Origin: the human T2T-CHM13v2.0 reference genome, Homo sapiens
Assembly (NCBI RefSeq): GCF_009914755.1
Contig: NC_060947.1
Direction: 5' to 3' (one strand)
DNA length: 64,000 nucleotides
In this document: piece after piece, positions 37,625-50,959 of the stretch
Position numbering within the stretch: the stretch's first letter is position 1
Layout of the letters: the number at the start of each line of letters is the position of its first letter
Made by a program: the position numbers and the translations under genes
The notes under the pieces: generated by a model
What the model was told of the DNA's origin: nothing
The model's input: the letters and a program-made list of their open reading frames with translations, nothing else
Databases searched by the model: none

Positions 37625-37864
37625 AGACTAATGAATCCACTACTAAATTTTATCTATCTTGTAGCTCTAAAATTGCACTGTTTAGAATACACTATGGTAG
37701 CCACTAGACATATGGCTACTTGAACTTGAATTGGTTAAAATCAAAAGTAAGAATTTAATTTCTCACTCACATTAGCCACATTTCAAGTGCTCAACAGACA
37801 CATGTGGCTAGTGTCTACCATATTGGACAGCATAGATTTAAAGCACATTTCCATCATTGCAACA
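37625..37864 (-). repeat. Inverted repeat arm A (truncated MER3 plus ~45 bp of flank)
   Basis: Reverse complement of 40014-40253; 6 mismatches in 240 bp by hand count. Confidence 0.95.
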
Positions 37865-38464
37865 CTGCAATATGGAGGATGTATCCTCAATACATTGATA
37901 TTGCCCCCTCAAAATTCATAACCCCTAGATATCTTATCTCTGTATGTGAGGATAGTGTATTAACTTGCACCTGGACTGAGATAGATAAATGCTTATCTCC
38001 AGAGATGTCTGAAAGTCTGGTACTGACCCTTGTCTAAGATAAGGATGGAATGTGCTGGTTAATGATTTATACTGTGCTATACAAAGTCCAAAATTCCTTT
38101 GGAGGTATCCTCTGCTGGCTTGTCTACATTGTTTAAGGATGGATAGGTTGATGGTTTGCACCTGCTTTAATCATTTACACATTCTGATTTTATTTGTGAT
38201 CAGTGGAGGATAAAACCTTCAATAAACTTGTGTCTTAGCTTCCTTGATATTAAGATATCTTGCACATATCTTAGATTTTTATAATCTGAATGCAAAGCAC
38301 ATCCTTTGCAATTGAGAAAGGACTCTGTGAGCTGCTCCTGGATATGTTAAACCTCTCAGTGACTGACCGTATTTTCTTTCTTCTGCTGTACTTGCCCTTA
38401 TTAAAGCCTTACATGTGAAGTAAGTCCTTTCAATTGTCTGACTCCGGGTGATTGTTATACCCTT

Positions 38465-38881
38465 TGATATAGTTTGGATATTTGTGCCTTCCAAATCTCA
38501 TGTTGAAATGCGATCCCCTATGTTGGAGGTGGAGCCTAGTAGGAGGTGTTAGGGTCACGGGAATGGATCCCTGATGAATGGCTTGGTACACAGTAATGAG
38601 TGAGTTTGTGCTTTATTAGTTACTGTGAGATTTACTTGGTAAAAAGAGCCTGGCAACTCCTCCCTCTCCCTTGCTCCCTCTCTTGCCATGTGACATGCTT
38701 GCTCCAGCTGCACCTTTTGCCACAATTGTAAGCTTTGTGAGTCCCTCAACAGAAGCTGAGCAAATGCTGGCACCATGCTTCTTGTACAGCCTACAGAACT
38801 GTGAACCAAATAAAACTTTTATTTTTATAAATTATCTAGCCTCAGGTATTCCTTTATAGCAATGCAAAACAAACTAACACA
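38465..38881 (+). mobile_element. MSTB-like solo LTR
   Basis: TGATATAGTTTGGATATTTGT...AAACTAACACA; TSD CCCTT at 38460-38464 and 38882-38886. Confidence 0.9.
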
Positions 38882-39991
38882 CCCTTAAACCCTATATTTA
38901 AGGCTGAGATCTTGGACCCTCCTCCTAAAATTTACCTTAAAAGGTGAAGCAAGCACTAGTCTTGGAGACTATAAATTGGAAAAAATGGCAAAGCAGTAGG
39001 TGTTCCAATCTTTGCTTTAGGCCTGAGTAAGAGGCCATAAAGATGCCTGTGGAATCCTAGATCTTAGTTCTGGGTGTAAGTAGAGGGAAATTGGGGAATA
39101 ACATAGGCACAGCATAGACAAAATTTGGCCAACAGATCCTAGTCTCCCCACTTCTGTCAGGAATATAACTCAAAGGTGGAAGGAGGACTGAGCTTACAGA
39201 TGAAATTCAAATAGGGACTGACAGTTATTTCTGTTGGTTCATATGACTTCTATTCTAGAAACTGTCTCTGAGGCTGAAAGCATTGTAGGATATAAGGGAA
39301 TGAAAGCTGCAGTATAATGAAAATTGCACAATTAAATCAAGATCATCCACCAAAGGCGCACAGTCTAAATAACTACAAAATCCACTGTCTTCCATAAACT
39401 ATTTGTTTTGAGTGTTCTTGGATTAACTTAGAGACAGCTTTCTGTTCTGGGTACTATAAAGGCTCTAAATGGGATATTCATTGTAAAGCACGTGTGAATA
39501 AAGGAAATAATTATGAAATATAAGAGAACAGCAGAAACATTTACACACAGAAAATGCCTTGTAACCTTAATCAGGATAAAGAAAGAAAGAAACACTAAGA
39601 AAAAGTCTAATATTAGAGAACTGGTTGAATGAATTATGGTATAGTAAAGTGATGGAATATTATGCAGGCATTAAAATGATAGGTTTATGTAGAAACATAA
39701 ACAAAATGTTTCATATAATGTTAAGTAAAATCAGCAGAACACAAAGTGGCATATCATATATGAGAGCATAAAATATATGCAAGTTGAAGGAAATATATTA
39801 AAATAAGGTATTATGATTGGGAGTGGACTATTTTTTATATTAAAATGTACTGTTATATAGACTGCCTAAGGGTATACATTAATATATACACCTTCTGTAT
39901 GTGTACATGTATATGTAAACATAAGACATAAAGTGGTAGACACATTAGTCTGGATATTGTTTAGACATTGTCTTTTTTGTAGACATTGTCT

Positions 39992-40253
39992 AGCAACACT
40001 TACCAGTAGAACATGTTGCAATGATGGAAATGTTCTTTAAGTCTATGCTGTCCAATATGGTAGACACTAGCCACATGTGTCTGTTGAGCACTTGAAATGT
40101 GGCTAATGTGAGTGAGAAATTAAATTCTTAATTTTGATTTTAACCAATTCAAGTTCAAGTAGCCATATGTCTAGTGGCTACCATAGTGTATTCTAAACAG
40201 TGCGATTTTAGAGCTACAAGATAGAAAAAGTTTAGTAGTGGATTCATTAGTCT
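39992..40253 (+). mobile_element. MER3 hAT MITE (~39992-40205) plus flank; contains inverted repeat arm B (40014-40253)
   Basis: TGATGGAAATGTTCT..GCTGTCCAATATGGTAG..CACTAGCCACATGTG..GAGCACTTGAAATGTGGCTA. Confidence 0.88.
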
Positions 40254-41099
40254 TCAATACATTGGTTTTCTCCATCTGTCCCCATTGCTTAAGGTGAAAA
40301 GTACTCTTGTTTAACATTAAGTTTGCTGAAGGACACATGAGAAGTCTCACAAAAGTTGCTTGGGTTTATTTCTTTTCTTCAGGTTGAGGATTTTCAATTT
40401 AATAAATCCTTTGAACTTTAACTGATTAATTTATTGAGTAGCTAGAAGAAGTTAGGATAAGAAAAAAGATCTGGGAGCTACAATCAAAGAGACTCTCAGT
40501 TGCCATTGGAAAAGTGCTACAGGGCATCTTAGAGCAGATGAGTAAATAGCTATGCAATTCACAGTCTTATCCAACTCCGAAAGAGAAAACTATAGGGAAA
40601 TCTTTCCAGCAGCTTCTCCATGTACTTTTCTCAAGAGACCAGAGTTATCCACAGGAAAATGAAATGTGCTGAACTATACCTGGGGGCTATGACGTTTGAG
40701 GGGACACAATTCACCCCATAACAGGCACATATTGAAAACCAGGCTGCTTATCAAAACATCTAAAGCATTCTTTTCTTTGCACTCCTCTTCCTCCACTTGA
40801 CATGAGCTGTCATCAGGATAGGCTGTGGTTGACACTGCTTTCTGTCATGGAGGAATAATTTCCTCATGGCCAAAGTAACAAGACGTGTATATAAGGAGGT
40901 AGACATAACATAGTCTTCTGGCCAGGAATCAACTGTGACATAACTAGATGGATTATGTTAAACATGTGAGTTTTCAAAACATAACAACCAAGGCAACTTT
41001 GTTGCGATGAGTGACCATTCAATGCTAAATGGCACATGAAGCCTTTTAGCTCTTAAAATGAACAGGGAGGATGCTTATCTGTGCTTTGAGGAGAGAAGT

Positions 41100-43945
41100 T
41101 AAACAATAAAACACAGAGCTGGTTCTTTGAAAAGATCCATAAAATTGACAAACTTCTAGCAAGACTGACAACAGAAAAAAGAGAAGACACAAATAACTAA
41201 TGTCAGGAATGAAAGAGTGTATTATTACAGACCCTGCAGACACCAAAATGATAATAAGGAAATACTTCAAACAATTCCATACTCATACATTTGACAACTT
41301 AGATGAAATAGATCAACTTTTAGAAAAACATAAAGTACCTCAGCTCACCCAATATTAAATAGTTGATTTGAATTGCCTTATGACTATTAAATAAATTGAA
41401 TTCATAATTTTTAAAACTCCCCAAATAGAAACTCTAGGCCTAGACGGTTTCACTGGAAAATTCTACCAAATGTTCAAAAAGAATTAAAGCAATTATATAC
41501 AATCCCTTGCAGAAAATAGAAGAGGTAACACTTCTCAATTAATTTTATGAAGCTATTATTACTGTGACACCAAAAGCAGACAAAGATAGTGTCCAAAACT
41601 AAAAGTACAGATCGATATCTCTCATAATCTTTGATATAAAATTCCTTAACAAAATATTAGCAAACTGAATTCTATGATGTAAAGAATTATACACCATAAC
41701 CACTGGGGTTAATTCCAAGGATCGAAGCTTGGTTAAATATTTAAAAACAAATAATTTCATTCCACCATAATAACAAGGTAAAGAAGAAACATTAATGATT
41801 TTGTCAATGGATACATAAAAAGCATTTAATACATTTTAACACTCATTTATTATAAAGTCTCAGGAAAATAGAAACAGGACAACTTCCTTAACTTGGTAAA
41901 GAACAGCTACAAAAACCCTACACCTAACATTATACTTAATGGTGAAAGAATGAACGTTTCCCAGCTATGCTCAGAAACAAAGTAAGGATGTCTACTGTCA
42001 CTGCTATTATTCCGCATAGTGATGGAAGTTTTAGGCAATGCAATAAAGAAAAGTAAAGAAATAAAAAGGTATACAGGTCAGAAAAGAAGAAAGAAAGAAA
42101 ATCTATTAATAAAAACTCCTAGGTCTAAGTGAGTTCTTCAAAGTCACAGGATATTATGATATTAGAACAATACATCAAACAACAAAAATCAATTGCATAT
42201 CCATATATTGATAAAAAACATGCAGAAACCAAAATTTAAGACACCATGCTACTAAAATTGCCAAATAAAATAAAAGAGTTAAGTATATAGTTAACAAAAC
42301 ACATATAGGGTCTGTTTGCAAAATTACAAAATGATGAATGTAATCAGAGAAAACCTAAATACATGAAGAGACTTGCCATGTTCATGAATTGGGAGACTCA
42401 ACACAGTATAGTTGTCAATCCTCTCCTAATTTATATAGAGAGTTAACAAATTTCCCATCAAAATTTAAGCAAGGTGTTTTATAGTCATATAGAAGCTTAT
42501 TCTAAAACTCATAGGGAAAAGCACAGGCCCTGGAATAACTAAGATAACGTTGATAAAGAATAATAAAGTGGGAGGATTTACTCTACCCAATATTAAGACT
42601 TACTATATAGTCCAATAATCAAGACAATATGATATGGTGAAGGCACAGATGCATAGATCAATGGAATAGAATAGAGAACACAGAAATTGCTTCCACACAA
42701 GTACAACCACTTGATTTTTGACAAAGGTGCAAATACAATTCAATAGAGGAAGGATAGCCTTTTCAAGAAATCGTGTGGGAGCAATTGGCCCTCCATAAGC
42801 AAAAAATGAACCTTGCCCTAAACCTCACACCTTATACAACTATTAACCTAAAATGGATAATGGACTTAAGTGTAAAATATACAGAAAAAAAAAACAAGAG
42901 AAAAAATCTTTGGGGTCTAATACTAGACAAAGTTTTATTAGCCTTGACACCAAAAGCATGATTCATAGAAGGAAAAATTGATAAATTGTACCTCATTAAA
43001 ACTAGAAACTTTTACTCTGTGAAATCCCGTATGAGGAGGATTAAAGACAGTCTACAGACTGGCAGAAATTATTTGCTAACCACATATTTGACAAAGGGCG
43101 ATTATGTAGGATATAAAGAAGTCCCAAAACCCAACGGCAAAACCACAAACAATCCAATTAGAAAATGGGCAAAAGTCTTGAAAAAACATTTCACCTAAAA
43201 GGATACACAGATGGAAAATAAGCACATGAAAAGATGTTCAACACTATTAGCTAAGGAAATGCAAATTAATACTAAAATGAGATATCACTACACATCTATC
43301 AGAATGACTAAAATAAACAAAAAAATAGATATAGCACCAAATGCTTGAGATGATGTAAACACTGAATCGCCTGCGTTGCTGATGGGAATGTAAAATGGTA
43401 TAGGCACTGTGGAAAACAGTTTGGCAGTTTCTTATACAGCTAAACATGCAACTACCATACGACCCAGCAATTGTACTATTGGATATTTATTCCAAAGTTA
43501 TGAAAACATGATCATACAAAAACCTGAACATAAATGTCGTAACAGTTTAATCTGTAATAGTCAGAAATTGGAATCGACCTAGATGCCCTTCAAGGAATGA
43601 ATAGTTACACAAACTGTGATATATACACACTCAGCAATGAAAAAGAACAAACTATTGATACTTGCAACAATTTGAGGAATCTATGAGAAATCATGCTGAG
43701 TGTAAAAAGCCAGTCTCAGAAGGTTACATTGTGCACTATACTATGCTATAAAATTTTATTTTTAATAACAATTGTATATGTTTATAAGGTATCAATGTCA
43801 ATATCTTGGTTGTGATACTATACTATACTTTTGCAAATTGTTATCATTGTTAGAAACTGGGTAAAGCATACAAAGACTCTCTCCATATTGTTTTTTACAA
43901 CTGCATGTGAATTTACAATTATATCACAATAAAAATTTCAAAAAC
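41100..43945 (+). mobile_element. L1MC-like ORF2 and 3'UTR (~2.8 kb)
   Basis: TGGTTCTTTGAAAAGATC, GGCCTAGACGGTTTCACTGGAAAATTCTACCAAA; 3' end ACAACTGCATGTGAATTTACAATT..AATAAAAA. Confidence 0.85.
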
Positions 43946-43959
43946 ATTTTGCAAAGCAC

Positions 43960-44730
43960 TGAAACATACACTTCACCAAAGAAAATACAGAGACGGCAAA
44001 TAAGTATGTGAGAAAACATTTAACATCTTTAGTTATTAGAGAAATGCAAAGAAGAAGGAGGAGATACCACTACACATATATTACAACAGCTAAAAAATAC
44101 TGACAATATCAACTGTTTGCAAAATTGTGACACATCTGGAACCTTCACCTGGGAATGCAAAATGGTGTAGCCACTCTGTGAAATCATTTGGCAGTTTTCT
44201 TATAAAGTTAAACCTACATTTACCATACTATCCAACAATCTTATTCCTTGGTATTTACTCCAAAGAAATACAAACTTATGTTCATACAAAAACCAGCAAA
44301 TTAATATATATCACAGCTCTATTATAATTGTCCCAAACTGGAAGCAACCCATATACCTTTTTTAAAGTGTGAGTAGACAAACAAACTGTGATATACCCAT
44401 GCAATGGAATAATACTCATCAATGAAAAGGGATAAATTATTGATACATGGAACAACATCAATGAATCTCAAAGACATTATGCTAAGTGAATGAAGCAATT
44501 TTGTAAAAGTTACATAGTATGTGATTCTGTTTATAACATGTTCTGGGGAGACAAAACAAATCAGTGGTTGCCAAAAGTTGAGAGGGGGGAAGAGGGTGTG
44601 ATTATAAAGGAAGAGCATGAAGTCATTTTCGAGGGCTGATAAAACTGCTATGTATCCTGATTGTGGTGGTATTAATAGATACATTAACCTATACATGTGT
44701 TGAAACTCATAGAAATGCATGCCAAAAAGT
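43960..44730 (+). mobile_element. L1MD/ME-like 3' end
   Basis: CACTTCACCAAAGAAAATACAG..ATGAATCTCAAAGACATTATGCTAAGTGAA..AAACTCATAGAA. Confidence 0.8.
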
Positions 44731-47409
44731 CAGGAGGGAGTAGAAAAGATTCATATGAAACCTTTGATAACCTATAGCCCATCCTAGCAATTTGTACTCA
44801 ATTCTTTCAATGTCTCTGAGTAGTGACTCAGGGACTTGAAGACTCAGTAACTAGTTATCTACATATTTTGTCTTGAACTGAAGCGTCTATTGTGCCTGCC
44901 CATGTCATTAGAGAACAGGAAAATTGGAGATGCCATTAGAGAACAGGGAAATTGCAGTTGCCTTTTCAAAATTCTGGTTCCTTTCTTCACACATGACATA
45001 GAGACAAAATTACATGATAACTTTTTTTTATGTAGTGCAAGCTTCATTTTTCATGAATTTATCTTCTCATCTAAAAATTGTATATTTCCATTGAATGCTT
45101 CTTAGTTTCCCTCTTATATAAGCAGTTTGCCTTATTTAAATGGAATTTTATGCCCCTCGAATGTCACAGAATCTTTGTAATTAGAAAACCTTTCCTATTA
45201 GAAAAATTGTATTGTTACAAATAGTGACTTAAAGTCATATTTTTAGGTAGCCAAAATAAGTCTTAAAATACCTTGTTTTCCTAGAGTTTTAATGCATAAA
45301 TATGGTGAGAAGTTTTTGGCTACAATTTAGACTAATTTCATTAGAACAGCAGTGTGGTTATTCATTTCCTAATTTGAAACCATTTTCTTGGTATAGGTAG
45401 TTTCATGTTAACCATTTTGAAACAAATTTGCACAGCGTGAATAGTCAAGTGTTTAGAAATATCAACAAAAGCATACAAATTTGTTGAAAATAACATCAGA
45501 ATTACGGTATTCTCTTTCCCTCTGTCTTCCACCCATTTTAACCTTGAAATGGGAGTATCATTGAAATAGTTTGCCCCCTCATAGTTGTGAAGCCCTGTTC
45601 TGTGTGTACCTGCCACCCATGGGACCCTAAGGAACACTTTATTCAGCCAAGGAAATAGAGGGGTCACTGCCATCCTCAGTTAAAAGTGCTATTTTACCTC
45701 TTCACATCACTGCCGAGTGTCATCGTTGCTTTCAAAACCCCATGTACTCAATAAAGCTTTCATGAATTAATTGCCTGAGTAAAAAAGTTTTCCCATTACC
45801 ATGTCCAAACATAAAACATATGTCGGCTTTCCACTCACTAATTTCTATATAAATTCAGTAATTCCTTACTTCCACATAATGCAAACACCTGAACGTTATG
45901 CTTATTCATTCAGATAAATGTTTATTATTCAATTATCTATGTATCATAAACGTATTCAGTCTACCATAGTGGTGCATTGAAATAAATTAACCATATTCCA
46001 AAGGAAGTTATGATCTGCCTTTCTCTGCCAAGCGTGGCTCCATTTATAAATTGATACTTAACAAATACTTTCAATAGCTGATAAGGATGACTTTATATAA
46101 CTGAAGAGGCAAATAGATTTTATGGCTGTGACAAGAGATACAGAGAAATTAAGAAATTATATTTCCAATTATGCCATGAGCCATTATCAGATCTGAATAT
46201 AACACTATCAAAATTTACAGTCTTTAAGATATTTAAGATTCTGATAGAATAAAGCCTTTAGTATTGCTTTGATTATCCCAATACAGTTTCAGGACAGTAG
46301 TTGATTTTAGGAAGGGCTGGCATCAAGAAATGATAAGGATCTTTGAAATAAGGTTTGCTTGGTTTCTGAATGCAATTTTACCTTTCCAGAAAGAAAAATA
46401 AACAGCTATGAGAAAGCAAGTGCAATAGATCCTGATCAAACTTGGCATTTACTTCAAAACAGATATCTGTCCACAAACATCAACACCTAACTTGTGTGTT
46501 GAATGGAGCATATTGGAAAGCTTTCTATGTGAAAGATATTTTTGAAATTAAAAGCAAGTGAGGGGATAAAAACAAATGAGTCATCATTTAAAACCTTGTG
46601 GCCATATGTGAACTGAAGTATTTCTGACCCTTAGAGATAAATTTTTCATTTAGAATCAAGTGTCAGGCTCTGCATATTTGAGATTTGCAGGACAGGGGGA
46701 AAACAGATTTCATAATTTTATCACATTTACTACAAAACATTTCCAAATGTTGGCCATTATCTTTTCCTTTGATTTTCTTCTCTGAACCTCTCTTACCTCA
46801 GCAAACACAGGTTTTATAATAAAAGAATATGATTTTCTCAGCTGTCTCTCAAGCTTAGGAGAGTGGCCATGCACCCACATATTACTCACTGTCTTTCAAG
46901 ATCTCATAACTTGGGACAGCAAATTTCTCTTTATTCTCCAGAACTAATTTCAGGCTTAGAGCATGGGAAACCCTCTGGGCTGCTACCATTTCTGAAAAGA
47001 CAACTAAGGCAGTGATCACCTGGTAGACAAGTTTAAATAAATCACTTGACTTTGCTTTTTGCTTTTGCAAGATTATCACATCTTCAAGAAGATTGATTGA
47101 AGGAACTGACAAAGACAAGCTCTTTATTCATTTGGTACAAGGGTCTCCAAAGGGTTCAATCTTTAATTTGGTTTTGTGGAATGTTAACAGGGAAAACAGA
47201 TCTTTCACGGTCAGGCTATAACACTGGCTACTAGAAATATGATTTTTGTGTTTTATCTACAATGTCAGATACTGATTCCTAAGCTTTTAAATAAATCTTT
47301 TAAAAAATTTTCTGTCTTAAGAGGGCTCATAGTTGCTTCCTAAGTAGTACTTTACCTTATTCTAATTTATTTCAAATGAGATTGCAAAAATAAACACATG
47401 TTCTTTGTC

Positions 47410-47920
47410 TTACTTTGGACCCTCTCGAAAGCAGACTCTGAGGTGAGGACACAGGTGCAAATTTTTTATTTGGGAGGTGAGCATAGGAAGCAGAATGGAG
47501 AAGTGAGTGAGAAAATACAAAAGGAAAGCTAATGAAGTGGGTATTCATTAGCAGGTTATCGCTGTGGGCAACTGGAGCTTAATTTTGCTAGGGCACCTCT
47601 GAAATATCACATGGAAGAGGTTTCCCAAGGACTGTGGTGGAGGTGGGTGGGGTTGAGAGGGACGCTGGAGCACTTATTCACAGATCCCATACTTCATTGG
47701 CTGAATTTGTCTCAAATAGCATGAACTCCCCATACTTCCATGTTGTGCCTGTATATAGTAGCCTAAGTTTCCATGCTGGATAAAATCCTCAGCCCGAGAA
47801 GACAGACTGGTGATTGGGCTGGGAAGCTAACAGGTTCTGGTAATTGTCTTTATTTGCATCTGCAGGTGAATTTATGTAGGCCAAAGAAATATGAAACAGA
47901 GCATCAACAGCGTCTACTCT
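47410..47920 (-). mobile_element. Old ERVL LTR (LTR16/33-group)
   Basis: AAGCAGACTCTGAGGTGAGGACACAGGTGCAAATTTTTTATTTGGGAGG. Confidence 0.5.
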
Positions 47921-47997
47921 GTGCTTTGTTCTGTATCTAAAAGGGGCTTAGTAGAAGTTATTGACAATGAGAGGGAGTAATGTAAATATGCCTTTCA

Positions 47998-48322
<325 letters not shown>

Positions 48323-48773
48323 GAAGAAGCTGGCTTTTGAAAAATGAGCCCTGGTCTTACTACAAAGCATTAATGTTTACAAAAGTTCCCATTTGACTAG
48401 TGTTTTATCCTTACTGATGGAGTTCCACTTGGGTCAAGATTCATAGTTAGCATTATATATGAGTTGATGGTACAGTTGTAACTCTCCTTCCTCCAACTGC
48501 CTCTTTCACTGATGGCCAATGATATTATTTAGCAAGAAGTACCAACTGGAGGAACTAACCGAAGGTACTAACTGGAGGAACTTTGATCCTTGCATGATTG
48601 ATTCTTTAGGTTGGAACTTTTGCATTATGGCTTAGTTGTATTAAGTGACACCCCCAAGAAACAGCTCTAATGAATTCACTATTTCATTTAATGTAGATGT
48701 GTTCTGAAGAAAATTGTCAGGTACATTGCTCAATATGCCTACTTAGAGACTCGTATGAAAAAGTTATTCATAT

Positions 48774-49543
48774 TTGAAAAGTGTTTTTCCCCTGACACTA
48801 AATATGTGGTAACTTTACCAACACAAATTCACTGATTCTTGACATAAACTGAGTGTCTGACACTTCAATCCAATTCAGACCCTACCTATCTAAAGTTAGC
48901 ATAGACCCCACAAGTTAAGGGCTCATTTCACAAGTCTGCCTTCACTTCAGATGTCAGTCACAAGTTCAATGTTTCCACCCATATTTATTGACAAGCCATA
49001 AATTTGGGGGTTCACACAATCCCCTTTTTAGATTCAATAATTCATTAGAATAACTCACAGAACTCGGGAAAGTGCTTTGCTAGTAACAGTTTATTATAAA
49101 GGATACAACTCAGGAACAGCCAAATGGAAGGTATGCATAGGGCAAAGTATGGGGTCAGTGGGCACAGAGCTCGCATACCCTCTCTGAGCACACCACCTTC
49201 CCAGCATACTCACTAACCCAGAAGCTCTCTGACTGTCATTCAGAAATTTTTATAAAGGTTTCATTATGTAGTCATGATTGATTAAATCATTGGCCATTGG
49301 TTTTTGAACTCAATCTCCTGTCCCTCTCCCTTCCCCAAACATGGTAGGGGAATGTGGTGAGGGGGCTGAAAATTCCAACCCTCTAATTGTGCCCCCATCC
49401 TAAAGCTATTTAGGGGCCCTTAGCCACCAATCATCTCATTAGCATACAAAAACACCCATCACTCAGGAAATTCCAAGGGTTTCAGGGGCTCTGTGCCAAG
49501 AACCAAGGACAATGACCAAATACTTATTTTTCATTATACTACA
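48774..49543 (-). mobile_element. MER21-family LTR
   Basis: AAGTTAAGGGCTC, AACTCACAGAACTC, AAAGGATACAACTCAGGAACAGCCAAATGGAAG, CATGATTGATTAAATCATTGGCCA. Confidence 0.8.
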
Positions 49544-50445
49544 ATACAATAATACCAGGTAAAATGTTTATGCCCCAGGTAATTGGAATCTCCCCCTTCC
49601 CATGGACAAAGCAAACTGAAATGGAGGATATTACCATTTTTGGTCATTAAGGACTTCAGAACCAAATTTGTAGATCACATGGGCTACTTATTTATATTCT
49701 AAAGCCTCATCTTCTCCATAAATTTAATAGCTAAACACAAATATAGTCTTATGATAATAGATTTATACAGTGAGAGTTGTAGAGAATTAAATGTGAATGT
49801 TCCATTTACTGTGCCCCAACACTCAATATAGTCTTACCTAACTAAAAGTAAGCAAATGTATCATATGGATATATATTTTTTAGTCCTTTTCTATGTATAA
49901 ATAGAGAATAATATGTATATACTTACATATATGTTTATGAATATGAATAGAATCATGCTATTAACTTTCAAACACATATGTGCATATAGGTATATATATA
50001 TTTCTGTCTTGAATTTGTTTACATAAAGACATGTTAGATACTATTCCTTGCTAACACATACAGAACTTTCTCAATCTTTTTATTATTACATAGTATGCCA
50101 AAGTAAATACTTTTCGTTATTTAATTAACCATTTCTCTAATGATGGGTATTTAGGTTGTCCTTAAGTATTTACTAATACAAATGATTTTATAGTTATGCA
50201 TGAGGCAGGCATGAAGTTGAACATTTGAAGTTGATATTTGACCTGTTTTCCAGAACTTTTTGAGCATCTTTGAAATGTCTAGAGAATTAGAGTCTCATCT
50301 CCATAATTTAGAATTCAGGCAACTCACCTCCACAGGTTCCTTTCAGCTAGGGCACAATCATGTGACTTAGATATACCCCTGCTTAAGTTTGATTGGTGAA
50401 GAGCAGCTTCCCTACTTAATCCACTTTCCTGGAGAGGATTATAAT

Positions 50446-50561
50446 GATAGTGGCAAAAGACAGCCAAATGCCTAGGCAGATAGGAGCAAGTCCCTGGTGA
50501 AACCTCACCTTCAAGCCAAAAACAGCCTGAAGGCTGAAAGACTAGACTGCTGGTCCCAGAT
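50446..50561 (+). mobile_element. ERV1 LTR 5' fragment (LTR27/28-like)
   Basis: CAGCCAAATGCCTAGGCAGATAGG..CCTTCAAGCCAAAAACAGCCTGAAGGCTGAAAGAC. Confidence 0.6.
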
Positions 50562-50959
50562 ATCAATAGCAGAGTCCTCTGGATGTCAAGGGAGATAGTA
50601 GCAGGCAAGTTGAGTTCCTGGTATAGAAGTGAGTTTGGGGCTAACAGCAGCAGCTACTTCAGTCATTTCTAGTAGATAGCAGCTGTTCAATCTGCAGCAT
50701 CTAGGATTTGGTAGCAGCAGGGGAAACAGCTGTGTTTTTCTCCATTATCGAATTCTGTAGGTTGCTTTCTGGCATTGACCATGGAAACTTAGCCTAAGAC
50801 ACTCTCAATAATTCTATGAGCTATCCAGTACCCTTTTTAAAAAACTCTCTTTTTGCCTAATCAGCCAGTCAGCTTCTGCTATATGCAGCTAAGAATCTGG
50901 AAGGATACAGAAATTGGAACCAGAAGTTGATGCAGGCAACAGAACCCCTGGGAAATGGG

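Noticed and set aside
37870-38460. GATA-motif-rich stretch with a faint ERVL-LTR-like 3' end inside the inverted-repeat spacer
   Set aside because: Too degenerate to assign by eye, and the motif count is not demonstrably above AT-rich background.
45362-45673. 103-aa ATG-initiated ORF in unique sequence
   Set aside because: No recognisable domain or gene context; the length is within chance for 64 kb.
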